Shown here: positions 60,999-64,000 of the stretch, piece by piece
How the letters are laid out: each line of letters begins with the position of its first letter
Numbering within the stretch: position 1 is the first letter of the stretch
Assembly: GCA_002269645.1 (NCBI GenBank)
Contig: NIVC01000663.1
Span: 104,113 to 168,112, forward strand
DNA from: Macrostomum lignano
Taxonomy: Eukaryota
DNA: 64,000 nt
Direction: 5' to 3'
Position numbers and translations under genes: made by a program
The notes under the pieces: generated by a model
Databases searched by the model: none
What the model was told of the DNA's origin: nothing
The model's input: the letters and a program-made list of their open reading frames with translations, nothing else

Positions 60999-63307
60999 TC
61001 ACGGTCTCTCAGTTGCGCGATAACTCGCGGACCGCCCACCACTTACAACTAGCGAATTTGATCGCCCACTGTTGATCTGCGGCAGGAAGGGCTGCTGCTG
61101 CTGCTGCACTGCCTGTCGACCAGCTGCTGTTGACGAACTCAGCTCGTGCGACCTCGGACGCCGGTCGGAAGCGCCGGAAGCGGCACCGACACCGCTGGTC
61201 GCAGACTCGGTCACTGGCGAGTTGAAGACCCATTCGTAGGTGCGCTCGTTTCTAGGGCCGGAGTCTTCGCGCCTCGATTGATCGGCTTGAGCACGCTCGA
61301 GCTCTTTGGCTGGTTGTGGGCGGTTTGGGTCACGTGATTTTGTTGTTGCTTTGAGGAAGCATTTTAATTGGTTTTTGAGTGGTGTAGTTGGTTTTAAAGG
61401 GTTGTGGCCTAGTGGTCAGAGCATCGGACTCACGACTTGAAGGTCGGGGGTTCGATTCTTGACTCTCTCGGAAAAATCTGTGTCCTTGAGCAAAACACTT
61501 GACTCTGCATTGCTTCAGTTCACCCAGCTATAAAATGGGTGCCAGCATTAGCTGGGGTAATTGAGGGTGTGTGGCGACCCCCCCAGTCCTTGGACTGAAC
61601 AGCCGTACGCAGCCTTCAGATGCGCCGCGCAATAGCTGCGACTGAGCTGTCGGTTGCACTCCTGCCCAATTGGGGCAGGTGTAACCAGTTACTATTATTA
61701 TATGGGTGCAGTTGGTTTTAGTCACGTGACATGGGTATGATCAATCTCCGTCACGTGATCTGTTTGGACGAGTGCAATGGATTTGGGGGTCACGTGATCT
61801 GTAATTGAACTAACTGGCTGCAGTTTTTATGGTCACGTAATTTGTTTATGGCGTGTACAGTTTATTGTGATCACGTGATCTAAGTTTGGGTGGAGCAACT
61901 GGTTTTAGTCAATATTGTGATTTATTGACTTTCGTTCTTTTTTAAGAAGAGATTAATCGCAATAGACTGGCATAACAATTACCTTTAAAGTACTCAATCT
62001 TGTGCATGCTGTGCCCCTTCGATTGCTCAGCCGCAGGCGCAGCGGGCCGTGCGCTGGCCTCCAGCTTTTTGAACAAATAGTAGCGCTGCTGGGGATCTGA
62101 GAGGGCATTTTGAGTTGGAGCGCGTGCTGAAGGATTGCTTGAATAGAAGAAAATTATAAATTATTATTCAATTTAAGAAGCCTTAAAAAGAATTGTTGCA
62201 AAGTACATACTGTACGCTCGTTAGCCTGCTTTAGGTGCTGATACATTATTACATTCCAATATTTCCTTCCATGTGGTCCATAGTATAGTATACAGTTACT
62301 ATTGTACTAGTTAACGTTTATTATTGAATTATGAATGTACTCAAAGTAATAAATTACATGCCGTTCTTTGTAAAAAGGCAAAGAAGATGAATAGCAGAGA
62401 GGATCAAGAGGAATGAATAGAGCAAAACTGAAACTATCGGTGCAGGAGACAATAAAGTTGCAGAAGAGACAAAGTAACAAAGATCTACTCGGTCTCAGGT
62501 GTTCATTTACCAAGCTTCATTCCTCGCTCAATCTTCTCTGCAATAAAAAAATGACTGGCTATGTGTCCAACGCACAGGTTAGTTGAACCACCCGCCAAGT
62601 GATCAAACATCTCAAGATTGCCCACCGCCAGCCTGCCAGATGCTGAGTTGCTGGGCCAGCCTCCCAGATCCTCAGTTGCTGGGCCAGCCTCCCAGATCCT
62701 CAGTTGCTGGGCCAGCCTCCCAGATCCTCAGTTGCTGGGCCAGCCTCCCAGATCCTCAGCTGCTGGGCCAGCCTCCTAGATCCTCAGCTGCTGGGCCAGC
62801 CTCCCAGATCCTCAGCTGCTGGGCCAGCCTCCCAGATCCTCAGTTGCTGGGCCAGCCTCCCAGATCCTCAGCTGCTGGGCCAGCCTCCCAGATCCTCAGT
62901 TGCTGGGCCAGCCTCTCAGATCCTCAGTTGATGGGCCAGCCTCCAGATCCTCAGTTGCTGGGCCACCGCTAGTGCCTCCAGATCCTCAGTGTCTGGGCCA
63001 GCCTCCCAGGTCCTCAGTGTCTGGGCCAGTCCCAGCCCTCAGTGTCTGGGCCAGCCTCCCAGATCCTCAGTGTCTGGGCCAGCCTCCCAATCCTCAGTGT
63101 CTGGGCCAGCCTCCCAGAGTGTCAGTTGCTGGGCCAGCCTCCTCTCTTGAGATCCTCTCAATCTCCTTTAAAGCAGGAACACAACAAAGAGCGGCGTGTG
63201 TCACAAACTCACCCATCTTGCTCAGTCGTTTCCGTTTGTCCGAGTTCAACTTCATCTTCTTAGCCCTCTCCAGCATCACCTGAGCGCTGCGGTCGTCGTT
63301 AAAGCCC
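60999..63307 (-). CDS. Possible exons of an unidentified gene that continues beyond the window
   Basis: AG/GT-bounded open segments 63307-63213 (GFNDDRSAQVMLERAKKMKLNSDKRKRLSKM), 62537-62511 and 62137-61983, plus a GC-rich open segment at about 61330-61000. Not all phases reconcile; no homology recognised. Confidence 0.35.
61399..61700 (+). mobile_element. CORE-type SINE (tRNA head plus CORE-like domain)
   Basis: tRNA-like head GGGTTGTGGCCTAGTGG...GGTTCGATTCT (61399-61460). TGTCCTTGAGCAAAACACTTGACTCTGCATTGCTTCAGTTCACCCAGCTATAAAATGGG resembles the MIR/CORE consensus. Ends in a TTA/TAT-rich tail. Confidence 0.75.
62640..63140 (+). repeat. 28-bp minisatellite (CTGGGCCAGCCTCCCAGATCCTCAGTTG)n
   Basis: About 18 units. 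Confidence 0.93.
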
Positions 63308-63784
63308 CTGAAAATAATCGTTCAAAAAATGTATTGTCAATCATATTGTTTCAACTGCCTAATAGAAAGCTACATGACTCAACACTTATTCGCCTACCAG
63401 TCTTCTCTAATCTGATCGATTTTCTTAGACCGGTGAGTGGATTGGCTGGGTTGCGCCCGACTGTCCGGTGGCCGGGCTCGCCGCCAGCCACTGTCGAGTC
63501 GGACCGATGCGTCACAACCTGCAGGCTGCCTTCTGCAATTAATTGTTTGCCGAAACATGCAACATTTGCCTAGCTAGCCTACTATGAGTAGAGAGTTTAA
63601 GACAGAATATCTTTTCAATGAAAAATTGGGTCATTTTCAACTTTTGATATAAGAATGCTGCCATCAACTCTCTCTGTAGAGGGCACTTTGGAAAACCAAA
63701 AATTCACAACGCCAAAAATCCTTGCGTTCGGGAAGTAAACTCTTGGAATTGGGAATTCGGATCTGTGGATGCCGGCCCAGCAAA

Positions 63785-63980
63785 GGAGGATCTGGGACTG
63801 GCGGTGGGCCCTGAACTGAGGATCTGGAGGCAGGCGGGGGCCACAGCAACTGAGGATCTGGAGGCTTGCGGGAGCACAGCAACGAGGACTTGGGAGGCTG
63901 CCCTGCAAAGGGGGTCTGGGAGGCTGGGGGGCACAGCAACTGAGGATTTAGGAAGCTGGGGGGGGGGCACAGCAACTGAT
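63785..63980 (-). repeat. Degenerate inverted copies of the 28-bp minisatellite
   Basis: CAGCAACTGAGGATCTGGAGGC matches the reverse complement of the 62640-63140 unit. Confidence 0.75.
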
Positions 63981-64000
63981 CATGTTGATTGCCAAATGAG

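Overview
Animal genomic DNA, not prokaryotic. GC-rich spliced exons sit in AT-rich sequence with more than 20 different mini/microsatellite arrays (about a quarter of the window, hand estimate). This style resembles a Macrostomum-like flatworm genome (inference only). Genes I could reconstruct by hand from splice sites and reading-frame phase: a 5-exon HAP40/F8A1 orthologue (minus, 12324-18138); an uncharacterised multi-exon, probably beta-propeller protein (minus, 18950 to at least 22130); two convergent, very intron-poor integrin alpha genes (plus 34781-43487, one intron and a 1-nt frameshift; minus 46555-50166, CDS intronless); and a weak exon set near 61-63 kb. The most striking structure is at 4207-11297. 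A Mutator-like element (214-bp TIRs, 9-bp TSD) has a 4-kb CCC-terminated element (14-bp TIRs, 2-bp TSD) inserted 5 bp inside its left end. The inner element carries an intact spliced gene for a coiled-coil plus BEN-like DNA-binding protein and no visible transposase. Also present: two hAT-type MITEs, three tRNA-headed SINEs and a minimal hammerhead-like motif. Most long ORFs in the supplied track are artefacts of tandem repeats or GC-rich antisense frames. No database search could be run.
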